Positions 48,050 to 56,801 of a stretch of DNA of 64,000 bases are shown one piece after another; position 1 is the first letter of the stretch; each line of letters begins with the position of its first letter. Below the pieces are notes generated by a model. It did not search any database and was not told where the DNA came from. It was given only the letters and a program-made list of their open reading frames with translations. The stretch lies in IMG/VR virus record IMGVR_UViG_3300030330_004093, positions 1 through 64,000 of that record; one strand, written 5' to 3'. A program made the position numbers and the translations under genes. The DNA is from a virus. Lineage: Duplodnaviria; Caudoviricetes.

Positions 48050-49504
48050 ATGACTAAATTGGTGAACGCATTAAGGACTAACGACAAGTTAACTGAAAAC
48101 GGAATGGCAACTAATAGCACTTCTTTAAATAGCTGTGTCGATTTATTTTTCAAGATAGGTGCTTTAAGAGGGCAAGACAAATTGAAAAAAATAAATGTCT
48201 TTAGTAGAGCATATGGTGAAAACCCACTTTTAGCCATGAAATTAATTTTCTGGGCCAGAGACGTTAGAGGTGGTGCTGGTGAAAGAGGTACGTTTAGAGA
48301 GATTATTACTTATATAGCTAATAATAGAACTGAGTCACTTAGAAAAAACTTACACCTTATACCAGAGTACGGTAGATGGGATGATATGCTAACCTTAGTT
48401 GGTACTAAGTTAGAAACTGAAGCTTTATCAGTAATTGCTACTGCCCTTAAAGAAGGTAATGGGTTAGCCGCTAAATGGATGCCTAGTGTTAACGGTAAAA
48501 ATAAAGAAAAAAAGAAGCTTGCTTCTGTTCTTAGAAAATATTTAAAACTTACACCAAAGGCGTATAGAAAGATGTTGTCAGAACTTTCCAACACCGTTGA
48601 GCAATTGATGTGTGCTAAAGATTATGAAAACATAAACTATAGTCACGTACCATCTAAGGCTATGTCTGATTATATGAAAGCCTTCACTAAAAATGATGGT
48701 ATAAGATTCGGTGATTACTTAGATTCCTTGTCGAAAGGTGAAGCCAAGATAAACGCTGGCGCTATTTACCCTTATGACGTAACGAAGAATCTTAATTACG
48801 GTTCTTCAGAAGGTGCTTCAGAACAATGGAAAGCGTTACCAAACTACATGGAAGGTAACAACGAAAGAGTTTTACCAGTGGTAGATACTTCAGGTTCTAT
48901 GGGTATTTCTGCTGGAGGTAGTGCAAAGTTAACTTGTTTAGATGTAGCTTTATCGTTAGGTTTATACATTTCAGAAAGAAATGAGGGTGCATTTAAAGAT
49001 GCGTTCATGACGTTTTCTAGTAGACCAACTTTACAGTATTTAAATGGTGACTTATCTGATAGATTCAACCAACTTACTCGCGCAGATTGGGGTATGAATA
49101 CAGATATAGAAGCTACATTTTTAGAGATTCTAAGTAAAGCTAAGGAAAATAATGTTTCTGAGTCTGAAATGCCAACTATGATTTTGATACTTTCAGATAT
49201 GGAGTTTGATAAAGCTAAAGGTATCACTTGTTACGGTGATACAAATACATGGAACCCAACAGCGCAAACCATGATTGAGGAAAGTTATACTGAAGCTGGA
49301 TATAAGGTTCCAAAGATTGTATATTGGAACATACAGTCTAGAAACGAAAATGTCCCAGTACAATTCGATAAGGATGGTACGGCATTAGTTTCTGGGTTTA
49401 GTCCAGCATTATTAACTGGCTTATTGTCTGGTGAAGATATAACTCCAGAATCAATTATGATGAAGATTATAGGTAGTGAAAGATACGCACCAGTTACGGT
49501 TTAA
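48050..49504 (+). CDS. DUF2828-family protein (TROVE/Ro60-like helical domain + C-terminal vWA)
   Basis: TENG; FWARDVRGGAGER; YGRWDD; AAKWMP; VDTSGSM MIDAS motif; ILSDMEFD; IVYWN; LVSGFSP. Confidence 0.88.
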   Translation: MTKLVNALRTNDKLTENGMATNSTSLNSCVDLFFKIGALRGQDKLKKINVFSRAYGENPLLAMKLIFWARDVRGGAGERGTFREIITYIANNRTESLRKNLHLIPEYGRWDDMLTLVGTKLETEALSVIATALKEGNGLAAKWMPSVNGKNKEKKKLASVLRKYLKLTPKAYRKMLSELSNTVEQLMCAKDYENINYSHVPSKAMSDYMKAFTKNDGIRFGDYLDSLSKGEAKINAGAIYPYDVTKNLNYGSSEGASEQWKALPNYMEGNNERVLPVVDTSGSMGISAGGSAKLTCLDVALSLGLYISERNEGAFKDAFMTFSSRPTLQYLNGDLSDRFNQLTRADWGMNTDIEATFLEILSKAKENNVSESEMPTMILILSDMEFDKAKGITCYGDTNTWNPTAQTMIEESYTEAGYKVPKIVYWNIQSRNENVPVQFDKDGTALVSGFSPALLTGLLSGEDITPESIMMKIIGSERYAPVTV

Positions 49505-49550
49505 AACACTCTTCTTTTATTCAAAGAATGTCTTACACATTCTTAATTGT

Positions 49551-49585
49551 AAAAAAAGGGTTATATTTGAATATAACCCTTTTTT
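49551..49585. terminator. Rho-independent terminator (possibly bidirectional)
   Basis: AAAAAAGGGTTATAT-ttga-ATATAACCCTTTTTT. Confidence 0.88.
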
Positions 49586-49644
49586 ATTGTTTACACTTTA
49601 AATAATTTTTCTTATATTAGAGTATAATTAAATAACAGAATTAT

Positions 49645-49878
49645 ATGATGAAAATTTTATCTAAAGAAATTAAAGAAGATGGTTCACAATCAATAGTTTA
49701 CCTACTTGACGAAAATGACAAACCACTTAAAGCTAGTATTGTCGATTCTAACGAAAAATCAAAACTAATTAACGAATTATTAGCAACATACTTCACACCT
49801 GAAGATTGGGTTAATAACAAAGAAGATTTGTTAAATAATGTTGTCGAAATGACATATAACGAATATATAAACCAATAA
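49645..49878 (+). CDS. Hypothetical protein
   Basis: 77 aa, after TTTACA-N17-TATATTAG. Confidence 0.6.
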   Translation: MMKILSKEIKEDGSQSIVYLLDENDKPLKASIVDSNEKSKLINELLATYFTPEDWVNNKEDLLNNVVEMTYNEYINQ

Positions 49879-49880
49879 AT

Positions 49881-50192
49881 ATGGAAAAGGGATACCCTAT
49901 GATTCTAGTATTTTATATAGATAGGGAAACAATAACTAACGGAGAGGTAATTAAAATTTTTAGTGACCAAGTTAACAAAGTATTAGCTGAAAAAGAAGCT
50001 AATGCAATAGCATTCTTTTTACCTACATCAAATGGTGAAAGTGAAAGGATTGAATGTGTAAACCCAATTCAAGTTGAACCAGCTAAAATGGGTGAAATTA
50101 ATAAAATCATTCAAGACATTCAAAATAATTTCGACATAGGTAATGGTGCTGATGATGATATTGACAATCCAGAAAATAGTATAGAGTTATAA
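49881..50192 (+). CDS. Hypothetical protein
   Basis: ILVFYID...FFLPT...RIECVNP. Confidence 0.65.
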   Translation: MEKGYPMILVFYIDRETITNGEVIKIFSDQVNKVLAEKEANAIAFFLPTSNGESERIECVNPIQVEPAKMGEINKIIQDIQNNFDIGNGADDDIDNPENSIEL

Positions 50193-50209
50193 TAGTAAAT
50201 AAATAATAT

Positions 50210-50452
50210 ATGAATTTTTATAGAAAAAAACCAGAAGTAATTTCAGCAGTTCAATACAATGAAGAAAACAAAGACGAAGTATTGAAATTTATCAAACCAT
50301 CTAATGTTGCCTTAAAGTTCAGAAAACTACAATCTGGCGATGGCATTACTGACCTACATATTCAACCAGGTGAATTTATAGTTAAATATACTACTGGTAG
50401 TTATGAAATACTTGATAAAGAAGAGTTTAATAAAAGATTTGAAAAAATATAA
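50210..50452 (+). CDS. Phage protein of the YRKKPxxIxAVQ (PGDYG-like) family
   Basis: YRKKPEVISAVQY...PGEFIVK...FNKRFE. Confidence 0.7.
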   Translation: MNFYRKKPEVISAVQYNEENKDEVLKFIKPSNVALKFRKLQSGDGITDLHIQPGEFIVKYTTGSYEILDKEEFNKRFEKI

Positions 50453-50454
50453 TT

Positions 50455-50607
50455 ATGATTTTAAATATATTGTATGCGATTTTAGCTTGTTTATGTTTTA
50501 AACTTAGCTATGTTAAAACCCAAAGTGGGTATGAGGTTAAAACAGGATTTGTTATATCAACAATCCTTTGGATTGCATGTATTGGTTTACGCTCATATAG
50601 TTTATAA
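50455..50607 (+). CDS. Small two-TM protein (50 aa; not in the ORF track)
   Basis: MILNILYAILACLCF...GFVISTILWIACIGL; fills the intergenic gap. Confidence 0.5.
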   Translation: MILNILYAILACLCFKLSYVKTQSGYEVKTGFVISTILWIACIGLRSYSL

Positions 50608-50609
50608 AG

Positions 50610-50909
50610 ATGAGCTTACAAGAAAAAAACCTTAAATTATATAATGCATGGCTAGAATCAAAAGACTCACCAACTGATGAGTTTATAAATGAAGCTTGGG
50701 ACCTAGCTAATACTTGTAAATCTTTACATAATACTTACACTACATTTGGTTCAAATGATGAATATAAAATATTAAAATATGTTGTTGACACTATTATAAA
50801 GTTAAGAAATGAGTATCCTGATAAAGATAAAAATGGCAATGCTATATGGGGATATTTCTGTAAAATAGCTCAATCAGCGTTTGCTAAAAAAATTAAAGAA
50901 AATGGATAA
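50610..50909 (+). CDS. Small protein resembling sigma region 2 of gp55-like phage sigma factors
   Basis: YPDKDKNGNAIWGYFCKIAQSAF resembles the F/YDP...AYFxxIAxxAF pattern. Confidence 0.45.
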   Translation: MSLQEKNLKLYNAWLESKDSPTDEFINEAWDLANTCKSLHNTYTTFGSNDEYKILKYVVDTIIKLRNEYPDKDKNGNAIWGYFCKIAQSAFAKKIKENG

Positions 50910-51270
50910 AGTAACAAAAAAATGGCACTCTTTAGGATTTCTTGAGGGAATGGAAAATAATGAAATGGTAGTTACAGCAAAACTAATGGAAGAGGCTTCA
51001 AAAATACTAATCAGTAATATAGACGAATCTTCAAATGAAAAAACTTTAGATTATCATGAAAATGTATTTACCTGTATTTTCCCATTCATATACCGTTTAG
51101 TTAAGAATAATCCAGCCATGTGTTCTAAATCAATAAATATAAATATTGATGTGAATCAAATAATAGGTTTTTTAGATAAAAATTTAAAAAGTCATTACGA
51201 TTTATTTAAACCAAAAGGTGATGATAAAGAACTTGAATTTTTAACTAACCTAATTAGTAATTATATCTAA
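50902..51270 (+). CDS. Hypothetical protein resembling the N-terminus of gp23-type major capsid proteins
   Basis: KKWHSLGFLEGM...AKLMEEASKIL...IFPFIYRL. Confidence 0.5.
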   Translation: MDKVTKKWHSLGFLEGMENNEMVVTAKLMEEASKILISNIDESSNEKTLDYHENVFTCIFPFIYRLVKNNPAMCSKSININIDVNQIIGFLDKNLKSHYDLFKPKGDDKELEFLTNLISNYI

Positions 51271-51927
51271 TTAAGGTCTTGTTGAAGTTCTGCGTATTTT
51301 TGTATAAGGCCAACCTGTATGTTCGTGTATTATTTCATACATATATGAGACCGTTGCTTCTGATGCTGTACCCATAAATATAATACTTTTTATCTTATTC
51401 TTTTTACAGGCTTTATGTATCGTGTGATGTAGTCTTTGAGCGTCTTCTTTACACTTACAAATAATCATTTCGAATTGTTCTTCATTATAGAGAACCAGTT
51501 TGTTATGAACTACAATTAGTTGCTTGGTCATATTTTTCTTATAGGCACCAACCATCATTACTTTAAGTATGTCATTTATCTTAACCCTATTTTTAACTGG
51601 GTCTTTACCAAACATCCAAAATGTTTCCTCAAACTCATATGGGTGGTCATCAATTATTGTCCAATCACCCAGTGGTTTTTCAGTGTAAGTTCTACCCATC
51701 TTATCTCTAAGAACCCTAAACTCGTCACCCTCTTCGGTTTCCTTAACAATACAAACCTTATATGTTATTGGTTTTATCCCACCGTAATTAACATATTTCC
51801 TTGGGAATATTATTCCAACGTTTTCATCGATAATTCTTCTATAGTTTATAAATGACGTTTTTCTAGTCTTACAACGATGCATCGTCATACTATAGTTACC
51901 ATTTTTTAATAGAATTACTCTGTACAT
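51271..51927 (-). CDS. Basic hypothetical protein
   Basis: 218 aa from ATG at 51927; own minus-strand promoter TTTACA-N16-TATATTTG (51963 to 51934). Confidence 0.72.
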   Translation of the reverse strand: MYRVILLKNGNYSMTMHRCKTRKTSFINYRRIIDENVGIIFPRKYVNYGGIKPITYKVCIVKETEEGDEFRVLRDKMGRTYTEKPLGDWTIIDDHPYEFEETFWMFGKDPVKNRVKINDILKVMMVGAYKKNMTKQLIVVHNKLVLYNEEQFEMIICKCKEDAQRLHHTIHKACKKNKIKSIIFMGTASEATVSYMYEIIHEHTGWPYTKIRRTSTRP

Positions 51928-51967
51928 ATTCAACAAATATACCTATATTTATGTAAATGTAAATATT

Positions 51968-53011
51968 ATGCCAAAAGATTACTACGAAATATTAGAAGTA
52001 GATAAAAATGCTTCAGATTCAGAAATCAAAAAATCATATAGAAAGTTGTCCAAAAAACATCATCCAGATGTCGGTGGTAACGAAGATAAGTTCAAGGAAA
52101 TAGCTGAAGCTTACGAAATTTTATCAGATTCTGAGAAAAAATCTAACTACGACAGATATGGCCATGCTGGTAATAAAATGCATATGGGTGGTAATCCATT
52201 TGGGGGTAATCCATTTGAGGGAGGTTTTAATATGAATGATTTCATGAATAATTTTCATGGAGGTGTTCGAAGACAAAAGAGAGGCAACGATATTTCATTT
52301 AATATAAAAATAACTCTAGAGGAAGTATTTAATGGGGTAACTAAAAAATTTAAATACAAAAGAACTTCAGCATGTAAAGATTGTAATGGTGAAGGGGGTA
52401 CAGAAAAAGAAGTTTGTAGCTCTTGTAATGGTAGAGGGTTTAACGTGGTGCTACAAACAACACCTATGGGCAGTTTTCAAGCACAACAAACTTGCCAAAG
52501 ATGTCAAGGGGAAGGTAGAGTTGTTAAAAACATTTGTAAAACATGCAACGGTAATGGTGTTAGTTACAAAGAAGAAACCGTTAGCGTTGAATTACCAAAA
52601 GGTATTAGCGAGAACGAAACCCTACAATACACAGGGATGGGTAACGCTGTAAAGGGTGGGTTACCAGGTTCTCTATTCATAAAGGTGTCTATAACAAACC
52701 ATCATGACTTTGAAAGAAGTGGTAATGATTTAAAATATAATTTAAAATTAAATTACTCACAACTAGTGTTAGGTGATAAAGTAAAGGTACCTACCATTGA
52801 TGGTAGTGATATAATGATTGATATACCTAAATATAGTGATGTTGGTGATAACTTAAGGGTAGCTAAAAAGGGGTTATATAAAATGAATAGTGACGAGAGG
52901 GGTAATATGATAATAATTTTAGATATAGATATACCTAAGAATATTGATGGTGAAGAGTTAGAATTAATTGAAAAATTAAAAAAATTAAAGAAGGGTGTTG
53001 GCGATAATTAA
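51968..53011 (+). CDS. dnaJ: Chaperone DnaJ (class A)
   Basis: DYYEIL; HPD; G/F region; four CxxCxGxG motifs; C-terminal domain. Confidence 0.96.
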   Translation: MPKDYYEILEVDKNASDSEIKKSYRKLSKKHHPDVGGNEDKFKEIAEAYEILSDSEKKSNYDRYGHAGNKMHMGGNPFGGNPFEGGFNMNDFMNNFHGGVRRQKRGNDISFNIKITLEEVFNGVTKKFKYKRTSACKDCNGEGGTEKEVCSSCNGRGFNVVLQTTPMGSFQAQQTCQRCQGEGRVVKNICKTCNGNGVSYKEETVSVELPKGISENETLQYTGMGNAVKGGLPGSLFIKVSITNHHDFERSGNDLKYNLKLNYSQLVLGDKVKVPTIDGSDIMIDIPKYSDVGDNLRVAKKGLYKMNSDERGNMIIILDIDIPKNIDGEELELIEKLKKLKKGVGDN

Positions 53012-53068
53012 ATTTAGTTGTATATTTGTCAAGAATTAAATAATTAATAACAATTAAAATTTTAAATT

Positions 53069-53500
53069 ATGTCAGAGTACTACGAACCAAACGAGGACAC
53101 ATTATCTGTATTTAACGCAACAATTTCAAAAAGTTCATTACCATCAACTCTAAAGATTGCTATTAGAAGTAACAATAGAGAGAAAGACTTATATAGAATT
53201 GACAAGACAAGTCAGTTAATGAGGTCTGAAACTAAAAAAGAAATTTACATAGTGGTTAATGAATTAATATTTGAACAACTAGAAGAACAACACCAGTCAA
53301 TTGTTGCAGAAGAAGCTATAGCTTCAATTGTATACGATTTAGAAAAGGACAAGATAACACTCAAGCGTGGTGATGTCGGTATCACTAAAAGAGGTGCTTT
53401 CACTGGTATTTTAAAGAAATATGGTGCAGAAACTTATGAAGTGGTTCAAGAAAGCGTTAAAACGCTTTATAATGCTAAAAAAGAAGAAGCTGAAGTATGA
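53069..53500 (+). CDS. Phage putative-metallopeptidase-like protein lacking HExxH
   Basis: IVVNELIFEQL...AEEAIAS...DV...FTGILKKYG. Confidence 0.5.
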   Translation: MSEYYEPNEDTLSVFNATISKSSLPSTLKIAIRSNNREKDLYRIDKTSQLMRSETKKEIYIVVNELIFEQLEEQHQSIVAEEAIASIVYDLEKDKITLKRGDVGITKRGAFTGILKKYGAETYEVVQESVKTLYNAKKEEAEV

Positions 53501-53754
53501 TGACACCAGAAGAAGTTGCAGAATACAACGAAGAGGCTTTAATAGCTGATGGATTAGACAAAGCGATAATAGGGGTTGCCGAGAGAATAAATCTTGGTCC
53601 CGTTGCCGCATATAGTGTCGAAAAGATATACGAAATACTAATGACTCGCGATGGTATGACGTATGAAGAAGCCATTGAGTTTTTTGAATTCAATATAAAG
53701 GGGTCATGGATGGGAGAATACACACCTGTCTACATTTACACAAACGAAGATTAA
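53497..53754 (+). CDS. Conserved phage hypothetical protein
   Basis: ADGLDKAIIG...MTYEEAIEFFEFNIKGSWMGEYTP. Confidence 0.75.
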   Translation: MMTPEEVAEYNEEALIADGLDKAIIGVAERINLGPVAAYSVEKIYEILMTRDGMTYEEAIEFFEFNIKGSWMGEYTPVYIYTNED

Positions 53755-53756
53755 AT

Positions 53757-53975
53757 ATGAAAGAACAACTGTACAAATTATTGAAAAGTAAAGCTGAATC
53801 TGAAAAAGAAGAAGCTTTAACAACATTAAAATTATTAGGTCAATATCCAGCTGGTATTGGCGACCACTCTACTGGTGATTTTTACGAAAACGCTGAAGAA
53901 GCATTACAAAAATTAGTTGATTCGGATGACAAGTTAGAAGCATTGGAAAAATATAAAAAAACTATTTTTAATTAA
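53757..53975 (+). CDS. Conserved phage helical protein (PAGIGDH motif)
   Basis: ATG at 53757 after the previous stop. Confidence 0.7.
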   Translation: MKEQLYKLLKSKAESEKEEALTTLKLLGQYPAGIGDHSTGDFYENAEEALQKLVDSDDKLEALEKYKKTIFN

Positions 53976-53978
53976 AAT

Positions 53979-54716
53979 ATGGAGAACTACATAAATACAA
54001 ATATGGACTTTTATAGTGAATTTAAAAATTACGCAATGAACCATATGGGGATTAGCGGAATGCAGTTTCACTATTGGGATAAACTACAAGCTTCAATTTA
54101 CGATAATGTAAATGTATTAACTGGAACACAACCTAGCAGTTCAATGACACCCTATATCCTTGAAGAAAGGGAATTAAGAGTGACTCAAATGGACATCTTC
54201 TCAAGACAGATGATGGATAGAATACTTTGGGTAGTTGGACCAGTTAATGACCAGATGTCAACGGTTGTATGTGCTCAGTTAATGTTCTTAGACAACTTAG
54301 AGGTGTCTGACATTAAGATGTACGTAGATAGTCCAGGAGGTAGCGTTAAAAGTGGTCTTAGTATGGTAGACGTAATGAACTATGTCGAATCTGATATTTT
54401 AACGGTTAACACTGGTATGGCAGCATCGATGGGTTCTATCTTATTAGGTAATGGTACCAAGGGTAAAAGATTTGCTTTACCGAACTCAAGAGTTATGCTT
54501 CATCAAGTTAGTAGTGGTGCTAGAGGTCATGTTGAAGATATGAAGATTAGTATTGCTGAAGCGGAGAAATATAATCAAAACTTATTTGGTATGCTTGCTG
54601 AATATACTGGTAAGGATATCAAGACAGTACTTAAGGATTGTAATAGAGATAATTGGCTTAACGCTAAAGAAGCTTTAGAATATGGTATCATAGATGATAT
54701 TATAACTAAAAAATAA
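53979..54716 (+). CDS. clpP: ATP-dependent Clp protease proteolytic subunit
   Basis: DSPGGSV; GMAASMG (Ser); RVMLHQ (His); RDNWL (Asp); Bacteroidota-like N-terminal extension EFKNYAMNHMGI. Confidence 0.96.
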   Translation: MENYINTNMDFYSEFKNYAMNHMGISGMQFHYWDKLQASIYDNVNVLTGTQPSSSMTPYILEERELRVTQMDIFSRQMMDRILWVVGPVNDQMSTVVCAQLMFLDNLEVSDIKMYVDSPGGSVKSGLSMVDVMNYVESDILTVNTGMAASMGSILLGNGTKGKRFALPNSRVMLHQVSSGARGHVEDMKISIAEAEKYNQNLFGMLAEYTGKDIKTVLKDCNRDNWLNAKEALEYGIIDDIITKK

Positions 54717-55191
54717 TAATTGGTTGCCCCATATAACAATTTAAATACATAAATAGATATGGAAACAATTATTTTAATTTCAGTTTTATCAACTCTAGGT
54801 GTAGTTGCATTAGTTACGGCTATTGTGGTTATGTTTACGAAGTTGAACAAAAAGGTTGGGAACGAAATGTTTAACAACGAAATGACAGGTTTAATCAATT
54901 TAATTGATGAAAACCAAAGGTTAAATAACAAAAGGGGTGAGAAAAATGATAATGACTTATCCCGAAACATCGATGAAATATATCGAGCAATAACTAAAGT
55001 TGAATCTAAATTAGATTCAAGGACTGATAAGCTTCACGACCTTATTAAGTTAACGGAAAAAGAACTTGTAAATCAGTTAGATTACAGGTTAAGTGAAATG
55101 GAAAGACTTATTTTCAAGGTCCAAGAAAAGGTCAATAAGGTTAATGAGGAATTATTAACTAATTAATAATAAACGGGGCAACTAATTATTA
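54714..55191. repeat. 17-bp inverted repeats (16/17) bracketing ORF 54759-55166
   Basis: TAATAATTGGTTGCCCC (54714-54730) and GGGGCAACTAATTATTA (55175-55191). Confidence 0.85.
54759..55166 (+). CDS. N-terminal TM + coiled-coil protein
   Basis: Hydrophobic aa 3-26; KVESKLDSRTDKL. Confidence 0.72.
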   Translation: METIILISVLSTLGVVALVTAIVVMFTKLNKKVGNEMFNNEMTGLINLIDENQRLNNKRGEKNDNDLSRNIDEIYRAITKVESKLDSRTDKLHDLIKLTEKELVNQLDYRLSEMERLIFKVQEKVNKVNEELLTN

Positions 55192-55220
55192 ATGGGGACT
55201 TAACGGTTCCCATTTTTTTT
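55191..55220 (+). terminator. Rho-independent terminator
   Basis: AATGGGGAC-ttaacg-GTTCCCATT followed by a T-tract. Confidence 0.8.
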
Positions 55221-55230
55221 ATTAAAAAAG

Positions 55231-55261
55231 TTGACAACTTAGTAAAGTTTTAGTATATTTG
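55231..55261 (+). promoter_or_regulatory. tmRNA promoter TTGACA-N17-TATATTTG
   Basis: Canonical spacing, ~30 nt upstream of the tmRNA 5' end. Confidence 0.82.
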
Positions 55262-55291
55262 TGAATATATATATAGTAGTTCTTTTTTTAT

Positions 55292-55655
55292 GGGGTATAA
55301 TGATATTGATTGCTTAACGTAATGGTTAACAAGCATGCAGTGTTAGATGGAAACACTAGAATAACCTATCAAGACTTTTAAACGACAACGAATTTAACGT
55401 TGACAAAAACTTCCTTGAAACTTCTACAGTAGAAGTATTTGAAGGAGAGGTAGCATTCGCCTAACAGAAGATGCACGTTCCTTCGGGGACACCAGGTTTA
55501 TCTGATTGTACTTAACAATCGGTTGAAGGTTGTAAGTTACCGCTCTGCTAATTTGGGAACTTAATATTTTTGTTCTTTTAGAAAAAACGAACTAAGCATG
55601 TAGAAAGTTTATTGTTAGTAAGTAAGAAGTGGGGTCATGCCCACATACTCCACCA
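55292..55655 (+). ncRNA. ssrA: tmRNA (transfer-messenger RNA)
   Basis: GGGGTAT/ATACTCC acceptor stem with G3-U, A discriminator and encoded CCA; T-stem GTGGG/CCCAC; tag frame 55384-55464 ending VAFA-stop; 364 nt between a promoter and a terminator. Confidence 0.9.
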
Positions 55656-55669
55656 TACTTTTTTGCCTT

Positions 55670-55703
55670 AAAACCCATCTCTTAAAAAAAGATGGGTTTT
55701 TTT
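55670..55703 (+). terminator. Rho-independent terminator after tmRNA
   Basis: AAAACCCATCT...AGATGGGTTTT followed by a T-tract. Confidence 0.88.
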
Positions 55704-55769
55704 ATTAAAAGTGTTTACATTTAAATTAATAAGTGTATATTTGTATCATTATAAATTAAAAATTAGATT

Positions 55770-56216
55770 ATGGGAGTAATTACAGAGAACAGCAAAGTAA
55801 CGGTACATTATATTGGAAAATTATCTGATGGTCAAGTATTTGACGCATCAATGCCTGTAGAGGGTGACGAAAACTTCACAGGTAGGGAACCAATTGATGT
55901 TGAATTGGGTAAAAAAATGGTTATACCTGGATTTGAGAAAGCATTACAAGGTATGCAAGAAGGGGAAACTAAAACCGTTACAATACCTTCATCAGAGGCA
56001 TACGGTGAAGTAAGTTCACAACATTTACATGAGATTGAAAAAGATAGGGTACCAGATACAGTTAAGGAAGGTGATGTTTTACAAACAGAAAATGCTGGTC
56101 AAGTTGCCAAGGTTATTGTTAAAGAAGTTAAAGAAAATACTGTTATTTTAGATGCAAATCATCCTTTAGCGGGTAAAGATTTGACTTTTGAATTAAAAGT
56201 TGTTAGTGTGTCTTAA
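55770..56216 (+). CDS. FKBP-type peptidyl-prolyl isomerase (SlyD/SlpA-like, with IF domain, no His tail)
   Basis: VTVHYIGKL.DG.VFD; VIPGFEKAL; EAYG; LDANHPLAGKDLTF. Confidence 0.95.
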   Translation: MGVITENSKVTVHYIGKLSDGQVFDASMPVEGDENFTGREPIDVELGKKMVIPGFEKALQGMQEGETKTVTIPSSEAYGEVSSQHLHEIEKDRVPDTVKEGDVLQTENAGQVAKVIVKEVKENTVILDANHPLAGKDLTFELKVVSVS

Positions 56217-56254
56217 GTAATGATTATTATTCATTAATTATTTGTTTTTTTACT

Positions 56255-56280
56255 AAACCCTCTTTATGAGGGTTTTTTTT
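56255..56280 (+). terminator. Rho-independent terminator
   Basis: AAACCCTC-tttat-GAGGGTTT followed by a T-tract. Confidence 0.85.
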
Positions 56281-56304
56281 GTATTTATATATAAACGGAT
56301 AATT

Positions 56305-56532
56305 ATGAAAGAATTTTTAAAGGGTATCTTTATAGAAGATAGTAAAGATGGTAAAGCGTCATCTAAAAAGGTTATGGGTATATTAGCTGGAATACTAGCA
56401 TTTGCAGCTTTTGTGGTTGATGGGTTTCACTTTTATGAAATCGATTCAGGAATGTTTGATTCAATGCTTATTTTTTCTGGAACAATGCTCGGAGCATCAA
56501 TAGTCAAGGGATTTGCAGGTGGAAATAAATAA
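56305..56532 (+). CDS. Small two-TM protein (holin-like, SSKK motif)
   Basis: TATTTAT at 56282-56288; two hydrophobic helices. Confidence 0.55.
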   Translation: MKEFLKGIFIEDSKDGKASSKKVMGILAGILAFAAFVVDGFHFYEIDSGMFDSMLIFSGTMLGASIVKGFAGGNK

Positions 56533-56553
56533 TCCAATTAAAACTTTAAATAA

Positions 56554-56579
56554 AACGGGTTGGTTTACTCTAACCCGTT
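56554..56579. terminator. Hairpin between convergent genes (probable bidirectional terminator)
   Basis: AACGGGTTGG-tttact-CTAACCCGTT. Confidence 0.7.
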
Positions 56580-56580
56580 A

Positions 56581-56673
56581 TTATTTACTAGTAGTGCTAT
56601 TGTTACCATTATCGCTATTAGTACTGTTATTAGCGTTAGTAGGTTTTGGTTTTTGTTTACATCCACATCCCAT
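56581..56673 (-). CDS. 30-aa microprotein MGCGCKQKPKPTNANNSTNSDNGNNSTTSK (not in the ORF track)
   Basis: My translation; MGCxCK start shared with ORF 3744; upstream minus-strand ATATTTATA; ends at the hairpin. Confidence 0.65.
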   Translation of the reverse strand: MGCGCKQKPKPTNANNSTNSDNGNNSTTSK

Positions 56674-56801
56674 AGTATTAAGTTTTAAATATTCTTATTG
56701 TTTTATTTATAAATATGTTTCTAAAATAAAATAATGTATATTATTTGGTTTTTAATAAAAAAACATATATATTTGACTATACTTATATAATAAAGGATAG
56801 T

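Noticed and set aside
55292-55655. tRNA gene or intron-containing tRNA
   Set aside because: No anticodon arm; the Ala acceptor stem plus internal tag frame indicate tmRNA.
56513-56734. + strand 73-aa Leu-rich ORF
   Set aside because: Crosses a terminator hairpin and is the antisense of the better-supported MGCGCK microprotein.
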